From NCBI RefSeq assembly GCF_018977255.1, contig NW_024704752.1:806001-870000 (forward strand): a stretch of 64,000 nucleotides of DNA. The letters run 5' to 3'. This DNA comes from Callorhinchus milii. Taxonomy: Eukaryota. Below, in pieces: positions 22,834 through 36,400 of the stretch. The notes beneath the pieces are model-generated. The model saw nothing but the letters and a program-made list of their open reading frames with translations. It did not search any database and was not told where the DNA came from. Numbering within the stretch: the stretch's first letter is position 1; each line of letters starts with the position of its first letter. The translations under genes and the position numbers were made by a program.

Positions 22834-25800
22834 ATGTATGTGGGAAATATGTTTTACTTTTTCCTGTTAGAATTGCTCAGACTTGAGGCCGGATGGGGAA
22901 GCGGTGAATATAGTTGTAAACTTCAAGGGAAGTTCGATTTACCTGAACTGTCAAAGGACGGAGACATCATTCTGGGGAGACTTTTTAACTTGCACATGGA
23001 CAGGGTTGAGAATGTGCATTCCTTTACTGTCCGGCCAAAAGCAGAACAGTGCAAACGGTGAGTGGATTCTCAGAGTAATTTATAAAAAGCTATAGTTAAG
23101 TGTATAGTAAATGTATATGCGTGTCTGACACATGTGGAAACCCATCGACATGCCTTCGAGTATCCTAACCAAGCTGAGATTTCCATACTTACACATGGAA
23201 ATTCCAGAGATAGATTGTTTGAATGGAATGCGCACTCTCTCCGTGAAGGGTGGCATCCTGCTCACCTAATTCTGAAAAGTATTAATAATAATCCTCGCAT
23301 TTTATATAGTGCCTTATCACATCTTCGAGACGTCACAATGCACCTCACAGAATATACTGTAAAGTGAATTGATTGTATATTTTATGGGTAAAACGAAGCA
23401 GCCAATTGCACACAGCAGTTTCCTCCAACAGTCGTGGGTTGAGTGACCAATTTTTTTTGAAGGTATTATTACCCAATCGACTGACAACCGGGTTTCTTCT
23501 TACTGCTAGTTAAACAGAGGCATGTGGAGTAAGAAAGCTTGTCCAGGATTTCCCCCTGATGGGCTTTTGAGGCGAGTGCTCTAACCACTGAGCTGCAGGA
23601 CTGCACAGGTTGGCAACAACCAAGGGTTGGGGAGCCCAGAGTGTGCATTTGTGGTACTGAGTCTAACTTGCTAAAACCACATATCATGCCATTGATATTG
23701 CTGTCCGGCAAGCTTTCCCAATGGTTGTCCAGCCAGGACCACAGTACTCATTTGGCTTGCAGGGATAACCCGAGCTGAGCAGTATGACTCCCTGTCCCCA
23801 GTGACTGGTCTGTTCTTCAAGGTCCTGCCGATGAGCCAGGCTGAGTGTGGTGTCATCAGCACTGCCCTGGAATCCTGCAGAAATGTCTGACTCAGGAAAT
23901 GGACTACCGAGCCCACCACAGAGGGCTGGCTCAATTCCAACTTTCCATTGCCAGGCATATCAACTTGAAGATAGCTCAACTCCAACGAGACCCTCCTTCA
24001 TCCCCCCACCCCACCCCGGTTGGTCCACATCCGACATGCACGTTTTTTCAGCCTCACTAGGTGAATGGTAGGCACAAGGAACTCCCTGCAAGCTTCCCGG
24101 TGGGCAACCCATCTCAGCATGAAATGATAACAGATAATTGATAAAAGATAACTGACAGGAAGATGTAATTGATTATAGTCTCTGAGAACTCAAATCCAAT
24201 TAGTAATTGCAAAAAGGCAAATCACTGATCTACCAATTTGCCAAACTGTAACATTGAATAAATGGCTATCGACTGTAATACAATTGATGTTTTCTCATAG
24301 AAACTATTTTCAGCCAGTAATGAAAACATCTGATCTCATTCCATGAAGCTAATAATTTGTGTAACTCCAAAGGTTTGATTTCAGAGGCTTTCGCTTGGCT
24401 CAGACCATGATTTTTGCCATCGAAGAAATCAACAGAAATCACCTCCTGTTGCCAAATGTCACACTGGGATTCAGGATCCACGATGATTGTGCGTCATCCA
24501 AGATTGTGACAAAAGCGGCCTTAGCTCTTGTTAACGGGCAGGAAACCGGTTTGGGTTATTCTTGCACAGGACAATCTAATGTCATCGGGATCGTTGGGAC
24601 ACAAGGATCCTCTGAGTCTATTGCAGTAGCAAGAGTTATTGGTCCTTTTCAAGTTCCAATGGTAATGTTGTCAAATCCAAATCATTCAGAACTCTGCTGC
24701 CCGCAGACCAAACTCCACACCCCCAACTCATCAGTTCTGGCCAGGCTCCACTGGCTCCCCATCACTGAATGGATCGCCTTCAAGAGGCTCACATTCGTGT
24801 TCAAATCCCTTCACTCTCTAGCACGTCCACCCCTCTCCGACCTTCTCATGCCCCAATCCACCATCCGGCACCTCTACTCCACTGGCTCCAGCCTCCTGCT
24901 TGTCCCTCGCACCCTCTTCTCCACCATTGGAGCCGCATTCAGTGACTATGTCCCAGAGCTCTGGACCACTCTACTCTCCCTCAAACCCTCTGCTTTGCCC
25001 ACCCTCTCCCCTTCCTCAAGTCCGGACTGAAAAATGTATTTTCGACTGTGCTTACGGTCACCTCCCACCATCACCCCCCCATTACCCCACTGGCTTGGAT
25101 TCAGGCTCCTCAACTGTTAAGCGCTCTGAGATGCTACCTGCATGGATGGCGCTATATAAGTGCGAGTTATTTTTCTATGTTTCTAGTAGCATAATGTTTG
25201 CAGGGTACATAATAAAATAATATAATTCTGCACATTTAATGCAATGTTATACACAATATAATCTATTGACAATAATGTTTTTTGCTTAAATAAAATATTC
25301 AGTTATTAAATTATACTGAAGATTAATTTTACCAATTATGATAATGCATTTATCTGGTATAACCGTGAAGACACTTTTCCACTTCCTCACAGAAATCAAT
25401 CTGGTATAAATATGATCACTGCACACACACATACACTTTTCTACGCTTTACTATTACTAGTGAATAATAAATAATTTACTATTATTTTGTTCATGATTCT
25501 CAGAATACATAGCCCTGGCATGAATCATTTGGACCCTTTTCAAGTTACAGAATTTAACAAAATGGATGAGCGCATGTTTAAATTCTTTATGTACCCACCG
25601 AAAGAGAAAATAAAAAAGGCAAAAGACTATACTGTATTGGAGATACATAGTTAAACGTTCACTGTAATGGAAATTGTTATTACTGTCAATTAAACCATAT
25701 TCTACTAATTCTCATTCACACGACTTGGAATTTTACACAAGTGATGAACCTATATTTTAAGCTACATTAAGTTAAGTAAAACTTCAGCAATTTATGGGAT

Positions 25801-28800
25801 TTGCTTTTAGAGATCAAATATATTAATGATATTCTAAATGTCTTTTATCAATCACAGGTCAGCTACTTTTCCACTTGTGTTTGTCTCAGCAATAGGAACG
25901 AATACCCTGTGTTTTATAGAACCATACCCAGTGACTACCATCAGTCCAAGGCTTTAGCTCAAATCATCAAGAAGTTTGGATGGACGTGGATTGGGACTAT
26001 CAGAAGCAACAATGACTATGGTAACTTTGGAATGCAGGCATTTGTAGACATTGCGCAGGAACTTGACATTTGCATTGCCTTCTCTGAGTCATTTTATAGA
26101 ACTGATTCTCATGAAAAGATAAGAAAAATTGTAAATGTAATTAAATCATCAACAACTAAAGTGATTGTGGCTTTTGTTCCCATGGGGGAAATGCGGATAT
26201 TACTCAAAGAAATTATAAGTCAAAACGTCACTGGAATTCAGTGGATAGGAACTGAAGGGTGGACGACATCCCAACTGATTTCTCCAGAAGAAAGTGCAAG
26301 ATTTCTCATTGGGACAATTGGCCCTGCAATTCCTATGTTAGAAGTAAAAGGATTGCGAGAATTTCTGCTTAAAATCCATCCTTCTAGTTTTCCCGGAAAT
26401 GCTTTTGTGAAGGAATTTTGGGAAACTGTGTTCCAATGTACTTTCCCATCAGGAAACACAAGCCAAATAACTGCTTTATCCACATGGCAACAATGCACCG
26501 GCAAAGAAGACCTGACACAAATACACAATGTATATTCTGATGTCAGTGTGGATGGAAGTTCTTACAATGTGTATAAAGCTGTGTACGCATTTGCTCATGC
26601 ACTTCACAATATGCTCTCGTGTGAGAAAGGAAATGAACCATTTATGAACAATACCTGTGCACGTGTGTCAAATTTTCAACCATGGCAGGCAAGAAAATTA
26701 TGTAATTGAACATAGTTATTTAGCGTCGAGTTTATAATGTATTTGTCAAATGTTGCATTTCCTTTATAAACTTAATTATTGATCTTTAACTGTTATTTCA
26801 ATGTTCAAGTAACAAAAAAAACAAAAAGATTTGAGAATTTTCTATTACCATGTTGTTTTTCATATTGTTGAACAGCTTCTTCACTACCTACAGTCTGTAA
26901 ATTTCACAACTACATCCGGTGACAGGGTTTATTTTGATGGAAATGGAGATCCGGTGGCCATGTACGACTTGATAAACTGGCAAATCGATTCGAGAGGTGT
27001 TTCTGAAATTAAAATAATTGGATCCTACGATGGGTCTGCGTCTCCGGGTCATGAATTAACCCTGGACGAGGAGGCTATTGTATGGAAGAGTGGTCAAAAC
27101 AAGGTATCTTTCAGCAGATATGGTTTTGATACTAAAGTAGGTTATCTATTTTGTCACAGATTGCAATGTTATGTAGCAACTTCAAACAGAGTCATTGTGT
27201 GCGCGCAAACCTAATTTATTTGTAAAGTATAATTAATGCAAAACACAAATTCGAGTAAAACATGGAGTGAAAGATGTGAGACATACGAAGGGGAGCAATG
27301 ATTTTTTTGAACAGGAAAGATTGCTTCTCAGAGAAGGAAGCACTTCTATAAATGGTTTGTACACTTCCACCTGGTAAAGAACATCAAACGTGGGTACAAA
27401 ATGTTTTCTTCTGGCTACTCACATGGATCTTGGTTTTACATTTCAATTAAGATTCATTTAAGACTAGTACATTAAGTAGAAATGTGGTTTTCTGTAGAAA
27501 GGAAAAAGTTCCTATTACTGTCTCATGTTACCAAATCAGTCTAATTTAGAATCGTACAAAAGGAGACCATTAATAATAATAATAATAATAATAATCCTTG
27601 CATTTGATATAGCGCTTTTCATGTCTTCTCAACGTCCCAAAGCGCTTCACAGAATTACGGTAAAATGACTGTATATTTGTGGGCGAACGCGGCAGCCAAT
27701 TGCGCACAGCAATGTCCCACAAACAGTCATGGATTGAAAATGACCAATTTATTATTGTTTTTTTTTGAAGGGACCATTGGACCCAAGATTGTCACCCATG
27801 TGACAATCTTTCTATTGCATGCACTTTTATTTATTGTTAGTTAATTCCTAAAACAATATTTTCAGCTGAATTAACCAATGAGAGAATTCCATATGATGTA
27901 AATAGAGGTCACTTCCACTAAACTATAAACTCCTTATGCAGTAAGGTATTCAGTTGACCGATTCGAAAGAAACAAAGAAATATAATTCAAGGACAATACA
28001 TTTTCAAATAGTTCAGACTTGTTATTCAAATAACAAAGCAGCCCACAAAATCAGTTGCCATGAAACAGCTCGATAACTTTGTTCTTCATTCAATGTGTTA
28101 TTTTTAATCCAAGGTTCCACGTGCGGTTTGCAGTGAGAGCTGTATTCCTGGAACAAGAAAAGTTGCCAGAAAAGGCCAACCCGTGTGTTGCTTTGACTGT
28201 ACAGAATGTGCTGAGGGAGAAATCAGCAACATCACAGGTGTGTTCATACCTGTCTACACTATTTGAACAAACCTCTCATGCAATGTTCATGCAAAACTTA
28301 ATTATCGTACCTTTCCCAGATTCCACAGACTGCATTAAATGCCCTGAACAATATTGGCCCAATCAGCAGAGAGATCGTTGCCTACCAAAGGAAATAGAGT
28401 TCCTCTCCTTTACCGAAATGCTGGGAGGTGTATTGCTGACATTGGCTCTGGTGGGAGTGAGCACCACAATAAGTATTGCCTTTGTCTTCTTCACACACAG
28501 AGACACTCCTATTGTTAAAGCCAACAATTCTGAGCTCAGCTATCTGCTTCTCTTTGCATTAACGCTGTGTTTTCTGTGCTCAGTGACTTTCATTGGCGAG
28601 CCCTCAGTCTGGGCTTGCATGTTGTGCCACACAGCATTCGCTATCGCTTTCGTTCTCTGTATTTCCTGTATTTTGATTAAAACAATCCTTGTGATTCTGG
28701 CGTTTAAGGCAACTCTTCCAAACAACAACATGGCCAAATTGTTCGGGCCTGCTCAGCAGCGTTGGAGTGTATTCCTCCTTACCTCTGTTCAGTGCCTGAT

Positions 28801-29230
28801 ATGTACTCTCTGGTTAACTATATCACACCCATTTCCCATGAGAAACACAGAATATTACAGAGAGATTATCATTCTGGAATGTGACCTGGGCTCTGTGAGC
28901 GCCTTTTATTCTATGGCGGGATATATTGCTTTCCTGGCCGGAGTGAGCTTTGTGCTGGCGTTTCTAGCTCGGAAATTACCTGATAACTTTAATGAGGCTC
29001 AATGTATAACCTTTAGCATGCTCATCTTTTGTGCTGTTTGGATCACTTTTATACCAGTTTACATCAGCTCTCCTGGGAAATATACCGTTGCTGTCGAAGT
29101 CTTTGCTATTTTAGCCTCGAGTTGTGGGTTATTGTTTTGTATTTTTGTTCCTAAATGTTACATTATTTTGATAAAACCTGAAATGAATACCAAAAAGCAC
29201 TTGATGGGCAAAGTACCTGTAAATAAATAG
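22834..29230 (+). CDS. V2R/OlfC-type class C GPCR, gene 3 (tandem duplicate of gene 2), about 868 aa
   Basis: Exons 22834-23057, 24373-24661, 25858-26688, 26876-27103, 28114-28237, 28320-29230; total 2607 nt in frame. GC donor at intron 3. GGLF is changed to GRLF in exon 1. Confidence 0.9.
23120..24125 (+). repeat. Unclassified repeat (paralog of 9348-10330) with nested SINE 23283-23604 (-)
   Basis: Same start motif at the same intron 1 position as in gene 2, but the SINE sits at a different site and in the opposite orientation. Confidence 0.65.
24672..25170 (+). mobile_element. L2 LINE 3' fragment just after the gene 3 exon 2 donor
   Basis: [16 protein letters not shown] motif and an L2-type 3' end; absent from gene 2 intron 2. 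Confidence 0.8.
27571..27770 (-). mobile_element. tRNA-SINE 3' half
   Basis: (AAT)n tail and SINE body in reverse complement. Confidence 0.78.
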
Positions 29231-29959
29231 TTATCATCTATAAATGCGGCATGATCTTCGGGAATATGATAAAAATGAAGGCAAATTCTGAAATAAATAT
29301 AACAAGAATCATGTGCTTGTTTGTTTGTTTGTTTGTTGTCGATGTTCCATTGTTTGACATACAGTCGTAATTTAATCTGGTAAAATAAAGTCACTTTTAA
29401 CATGTGATAAAAATACTGTTTTACAGTCAACAGCAATAAATGTATCATGCTTTGTCTTCCAAATTGTGGGTTAATTCCTTTCCAATGCAATTGATGTTTG
29501 AGTATATCCGAGAAACACAGATTTGTTTAACTCGAGGTCAACATGCCTTCTGTTTAGGCATTTATTTTCATGTGGAATCCCACAATGCCACTTGGATTAC
29601 AATATATTTCACTGGATTTCCTTAATTTCTGTAAGTCAAACATCAACTCTTAAAATAGTAAACATTGATTACATTAAATTACTAAGAGGTCCATGTGGAA
29701 GTTTCAGAATAAATCACTTAAAGTCCGTCTGTCCAGCACATTGAGACATCCTCCCAACGTGAAAGAGGCTATACAAATGTAATTTTGTTGTTGTTGTTGA
29801 AAAAGCATCTTTATGTGCTCCCTCAAGAGTATTATGATCATCTGTCAATTGTCAATAAATCTGCATTCCATCACTGTGCATACATGTGCAATTCAGGGAA
29901 TCCACTGTCATCACCCCCCTCCTCAAAAGAAAACACCCTTGAACCATCCAACCTCACAA

Positions 29960-31090
29960 CTTAACGACCTCTTTCCAGCCAGCCCTTCCTCGCCAAAGTT
30001 CTGGAACAAGTTGTCGCTAACCAGCTTTGCTCTCACCTCTCCCTTCACTCCCTCCTCAAGCCCCTCCAGTCTGTTTTCCGCACTGCCCATAGCACAGATA
30101 CAGAGCTTCACAGGTCACAAACGATGACCCCTCTCTCACTGTGACCAGGGCTCCCTCTGCCTCCTTGTCCTCCTGGACCACTCCGCCGCATTCAACGCAG
30201 TCGACCACACCATCCTCATACTCCGCCTCTCCTCCCTCATCCACTTCAGTGGGATTGCATTCGCATGGTTCAAGTCCTACCTAACAAAAATGCCTTCACT
30301 TTACTTCCTCAAACAGTTTCTCCTCGCGCCCCTGCCCGGTCACCTGTGGTGTACACCAGGGCTCCATCCTTGGCCCCCTCCTATTCCTCATCTACCTGCT
30401 CCCTCTTGACGATGTCATCCACAAACATGGGGTAAACTTCCACATGTATGCTAATGACACACAAATCTACTTCTCCTCCTCCAGCTGCAACTCCAGGTCT
30501 GACGTTCTCTTGGCCTTTCTGGCCACAATGAGTAAAAACATCCTACAACTCAATGTTGACAAGACGGGAGCCATGCTTGTTGGCTCCTGTCAACATCTTC
30601 TATCCTGCAGCTCTGAGCTTCTCAACCTCCCCAGTCTATCCCTCAGACTTGCAAATGAAGTGCTCAAATGAGGCAACCCACAGCAATCCTTCCTTCCCCA
30701 CATCCAGTCCTTAACCATGACTGCCTTATTCCATCTCCACCACATTGCCCAAATCTGACTTACCCCAGAATCAGCCGAAAAACTCGTCCATGTGTTCATC
30801 ACTTTCCAACTCGACTTCTCAAATGCCCTCTTTGCCGGTCTCCCCAGCTATTTGTATAGCCCTTTCACCTTGGGAGGATATCCTAAGGCACTGGCCCCCA
30901 AACTCTGGAACATTCTTTCTCTATCCCTCTGCCTTGCTCCTTTCCTTCCCCATCTTCAGGTCACACCTGAAGACCTTCCTATTCGACCGTGCCTACAGTC
31001 ACCTCCCCCTTTCCCTGGCTCGGTGTCGTTCTCTGCCACTCTGGGATGCTACCCTGCATGAAGGGCATATAGCAATGCAAGTTGTTGTTG
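29960..31090 (+). mobile_element. L2 LINE RT/3' fragment (continues past the point where the 18430 copy stops)
   Basis: Same sequence as 18430-19105, then FITFQLDFSNAL, APKLWN and a GTTGTTG tail. Confidence 0.82.
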
Positions 31091-31269
31091 AAGTGTAATG
31101 TACTGGGCACTAAAGCAGAAATTGTGTGAGAGTTTCTGACCTTTTCAAGTTCCGGGGAGAACTACACATGGATGAATTGGGAAGGAGGAACTGTAAAGAA
31201 TAAACTATAGGGGTGGGAAAATGTAGGTAAAGGTGACCCTAACTCTAGCCCAAATGACCAACTAGTGAC

Positions 31270-31700
31270 TATTCTCCAGGGGGGAAGGTGAGCGTGGTCT
31301 CCTTGGAGCTGAACTGGCTCCAAGTTGATATGTTTGGCAACGGAATGTCAGAATTCAGCCACCCCTCTCTGGCTGTCTCTATTTGTCTAGTTCCACACCA
31401 GGCAAGTCTGCACTGGAAAACTTGCCAAACAGCGCTCTCAAAGGCAAGCTATGAGGTTTTAGCTGGGTAGACTCCAGCAGTTACCCCAATGCACACTCTG
31501 AGGTCCCCAAGCCTTGGCTCTTGCCAACCTGCTCCTTAAATTAGGTAAGATGGGTGCGACTCCAGCGGGGCGAGTGCACATTCCATTCCAATAAATATCT
31601 CTGAAATTTCCATGCGTGTGTAGGAAGCATGGAATTTTCAGTTTGATTTGGATACTCATAAGCATGGTGTTCAATTTTTGCATGAGTTAGATACCCGGTT
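31270..31700 (-). repeat. Unclassified repeat, same family as 9348 and 23120
   Basis: Reverse-complement similarity, for example GCCTTGGCTCTTGCCAACCTG and TTGGATACTCATAAGCATG. Confidence 0.6.
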
Positions 31701-31899
31701 GTGACTAATAAACAATATAAAATAATTGGGACTGAAGAGCCAAAAGATAAAATATCCAAATAGCCTTTTTCACTGCTGTAGATTTCTATTGGTTGATGGT
31801 CTCTCAAGGTATATTGTAACTAAATATTCAGCTGTATGTATTCATATCGACTCGACAGAACAATATATTACCACACTCATTAATGGAATGAGTAAGTCT

Positions 31900-32450
31900 G
31901 CCCAGCTCCAACATGCACAGGATCCAGCTGATTAAAAACTTTGCTGCCCGTATACTTATCTGTACTAAACTCCGTAGCCCCATCACACCAACTCTATCCA
32001 ATCTACACTGGCTCCCTGTCACCAAACAGATCAATTTCAAGATCCTCATACTAGTTTTAAAATCCCTTGATGCCCTGGCATCTCTCCAACCTGCTTAACC
32101 CCTACCCCGCAATCCACTGTCTCTGCTCCACTGACTCCAACCTTCTGCATGTCCCTCGTGCCCTCCATTCCACCATTGCTGGCCACACTTTCAGCCACTA
32201 CGCCTTGTTCCAGCACCTTGGGATGTCCTCCTGTCATAAATGGGGCTATATAAATATAATTTGTTGTTGTTGAAACTCTGGAACACTCTTCCACTCTTCC
32301 TTCATCTTGCCCCTTCCTTCACCATCTTCAGGTTATGTCTGAAGACCTTCCTATTCAATCGTGCCTATGGACACCTCCCCCTCCCCCCGACTCACACTTT
32401 GGGACATTACCCTGTGTGATGGGCGCTATATAAATGCAAATTGTTGTTGT
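31900..32450 (+). mobile_element. L2 LINE 3' fragment(s)
   Basis: KNFAARILICTKL...LHWLPV motif; two L2-type tails at about 32270 and 32450. Confidence 0.72.
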
Positions 32451-33459
32451 TGGAGAATAATAATATATTCACATTTGATTTTGCACCTTATCATGCCAGG
32501 TTGACATCACTGAGCATTTCAAATGTTATACTATAAAGTGTGGTGACCAAATATTTTGTGGACCTTTGGGCCAGCCAATACAATACATAAAATAACATCT
32601 CAAACGACCAGAAAGTGAATGGTCAATTTTATTGCGGGGGAGGGGGGGGGTGGCGGGGTGTTGGCAGGACATCATATTTTTGAATAGTGCCATAGGATCT
32701 TTAACGTCACCTTAACAGGAAGGCTGCATCTCGATTTAATTTAGTTGGAAGAGACCATCTCTAACAATGTAGTCCTCCTTCCTCCATCACTATATTGTAG
32801 TGTCAGCCTGAACTATGAGTTCCAACTCCTAATGCGGGAAGCATAATTGGTTTAAAAAAGGATTCTAAGCCACATAATATATTCCTTTTTTATATATACT
32901 TAAAGAATATAGGTAAATGGAACCCTAACACAATTAGTATGATCACAATACCTATATTAATGGGACATGTGCCTGAGTGGAGGTGAACAAAGGTTAGGCT
33001 TGTTTTTTTTACACACTGTTGTCCTGAATTTGTGGAATGAACTGAGAGAGGAGGTGGAGACAAATTGTAAATTCAAGAGGGTATTAGACTGTTATTTGAT
33101 AAGAAATTAAATTGAGCGGAATGTGATTGCAGTCAGATGGACAGTTTTTTTTTATGGTTCCATACATTTCTAAGTTTACATGAGAGTTCATTTTCAAAAT
33201 ATATTGTGGAAAACCGAAGCATTAAAATGCCAAATTTGTATTTCCATTCAATATAAAAGAATATACAAGCGATTTAGAATGTCTTTTCATCCCATTATAT
33301 TCAGACAGGCTGAGGCTAAGGCAGAAAGCATGTCATTTCTTTTTTAAGCAGAGGTTTAGTCCCTAAAGGGGCATAAGCAGATGCGCAGTTTTAACCATTT
33401 ATCTTACCCATCATTCTGTGTTGTTAATATAAATTGGAGTTGATGGTATTTTTCATTAT

Positions 33460-36400
33460 ATGAAACCTAGAACAGTGATAACTGTTATAATGCATCTTTT
33501 GTTGTGGGGATTCTTCATTGCTCTGCCTGTGTGGTGCACATATATGCCTGATTGTAGACTTCAGGGAAGGTTCAATCTAAGCGACGCAGCTCAGCCTGGA
33601 GACGTAGTGTTGGGTGGTATGTTTAACGTGCATTCTGACAGGTTTGAACGCATCCATGATTTTGCAGTGACACCAGAAGAAACTAAATGCAAAAGGTCAG
33701 TCCAGGGTCTGCTATGGACAAATGCCACTTCGGTTTTAGGTTATCTCATTCTACAGGTAATCCGGTTACTCAAATTTATGCTCGTCTGTTGCAGATGGAA
33801 TGAGTTGTGAGTATCTGGTTAAAATGCAATTTATGCTGAAATTATTTATTGTCAGTGAAAATTTGTATTTGTATAATTCACATTATAATTGTACACGTTA
33901 GGAATTTGACGTTGTGTAGCTTTGCAGTTAGAGCACTTGCCTCGCAAGCCAGAGAACCTGGGTTCGATCCCTGGGCAGTACAAAATGTTTGGCAAGTTTC
34001 TTTACTCCAGTAAGTAGGAATCCAGTCATTAGTCAATTGGCGGATCACTTTTCGGCGAGTAATATTGCCTTCCCAAATTTTTTTAATTTAAAAATATAAT
34101 AATTTGGTCACTCGATCCACGACTGTTTGTGGGGACACCGCTGTGTGCAATTGGCTGCCATGTTTCGCTCACAAAATATACAGTCAATTCATTTTTTATA
34201 ATATATTCTGTGAAGCGATTTGAGACGTCTTGAAGTTGTGATAAAGTGTTATATCAAATGCAAAGATTAATAATTTTTTAATTATAATTTCCCAACTCCA
34301 CGTTTGAAACAGTGATAGCAATCATTTCCCCTTCAAGGTAAAAGAATAAACCAGTTTTTACAATTTTACCTGGCTTCCAGGTTCTCGCAAATCCAGCACA
34401 AATTTGTATTGAATTAATTTTAAGGAATTGAACATTTTGCCTGATGTTCGCCAATATCATAACAATGATGATGATGATTGCATTCGATACAGCAACTTGG
34501 CAGCCAGGTTGCGCACAGTAATGTCTCACAAATAGCCGTGGAGTGAGTGACTAATTTTTATTCTGGAGGATTTCTTGGTCAAGACACGGGAGAAACTCCC
34601 TTCTCTTTTCAAATAGTGCCATGGGACTTCCAACATCCACCAGAACATTGGTAGCAGGCATTTCACCTTCAAAAGTAAAATAATAAGCCAGTACTGTACT
34701 TACAATTTTATCCAACTTCCGAGTTAACGCAAATCTTACACAAATTTGCATTGAACTGATTTGAGGAAATTGAACATATTTCAGCCTGAGGATTTTCTGT
34801 TGTTGCCCAGTTTTGATTTCAGAGCCTTTCGCCTTGCACAGACAATGATCTTTGCCATAGAGGAAATAAACCAAAACAGTGCATTGCTTCCCAACGTTGC
34901 TCTGGGTTACAGAATTTATGATGATTGCTCTTCCTCCACTATTGCAACAAAAGCCGCCTTGTCCCTCATCAATGACATCGAGGAGACCGTTTCTGGTGAA
35001 AACTGCAGGGAACGTTCTAGGATATCAGCACTTATTGGTGGCGGATCATCTTTGGAATCCATAGCAGTAACAAGATTCATTAGCCCTTTCAACATTCCAT
35101 TGGTAAGAAGAGTTTCATCAAGAGCACAGATAATTTAGCATATGATAGTTACATATTTTAAATACAAATAGCGATTTAACATTATCAAGATTGTGTTTAA
35201 AGATCATTACAGTGTTTCCTTCAGTTCCCTTCTTTATTTTGCCCAGTGTTCACCAATATAATAATAATAATAATGATAATAATAATAATAGTAATAATAA
35301 TAATAATAATAATCCTTGCATTTGATATAGACTTTTTCACATCTTCTGGATGTCTCAAAGCGCTTCACAGAAAATACTGTAACTGAATTGACTGTACATT
35401 TGTGGGCGAAATGCGGCAGCCAATTGGGACAGCAGTGTCTCACAAACAGTCATGGATTGAAGTGACCAATTCATTATTGTTTTTATTCTTGAGAAATTAT
35501 TATCAGGTGTGTGGAGTACGGAAACTTGCCCAAGGTTACCTGCCGGGAATTGAACCCAGGTCTCTCATTTGCAAGGAGTGTGCTCTAACAACTGAGTCAC
35601 AGGACTTAATATAATAATAATGATTATGACTGCGACTTAACAGCAAGGTTATGCACAGCAAAGTCCCACAAATAGCCATGGAGTGAGCGACCTTTTTGTA
35701 TTTGGGGGATTTGTTGGCCAGGACACAGGAGAAATTCCTTTCTCTTTTCGAATAGTGCCATGAGATCTTTAACACCACCTGAACAGACAGACGAGGAGCT
35801 TGGTTTAACATCTCCTGTAGAGGAGGGCACCTCAGACAATGCAACCTCCCCCCCCACCACCACCACTGCATTGCATTGGAGTTTCAGTTTAGATTGTGCG
35901 ATTCCAAGTCCCTACATAGGGCTTGAACCCACAAACTTCTGAGTCTGAGGGGAGAATGCTGCCATGGAGCTACGCTGATACATAGTGCAGAGATTTAATT
36001 GATATTGGACACTTTCCGCTTTACAAAATTGGTTCCAATCCAGGCAATTTGTCAGATTTCTCTTGTGTCTGCTCAATTGAAAGGGTCATATTTTATGAAT
36101 GGGAACAGTATCACCTCAGTTCCTATTGGGGTCCAAGAAACATTGCAATTCAGCCTCCAATTTGATTTGAATTCACATCAAATAATCATGTAACTGGCGA
36201 AGGCGATTGTTGGTGAGAAAACTTGAATTGAGGGTCTGATACAGTAGGGGTTGATCAGTGAGTTTGTGTTCAATACAGTTGTTTGGATGATGGGGTAATG
36301 GCCAATCCTTGCTATCCCATAGAGAGGATAACGGACATTGTGGAGTCCTGTAGCTCAGTGGTTAGAGCACTCGCTTTGCAAGCGAGAGACCTGTCTCTTT

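Noticed and set aside
24395-25030. V2R-L2 fusion ORF of 211 aa
   Set aside because: A canonical GT donor lies at 24662; the extension is chance read-through into an intronic L2 fragment, with no transcript evidence.
28079-29230. 383-aa single-exon ORF
   Set aside because: It reads exon 5 in the wrong frame and through the 82-nt intron 5 into exon 6; the spliced model explains it.
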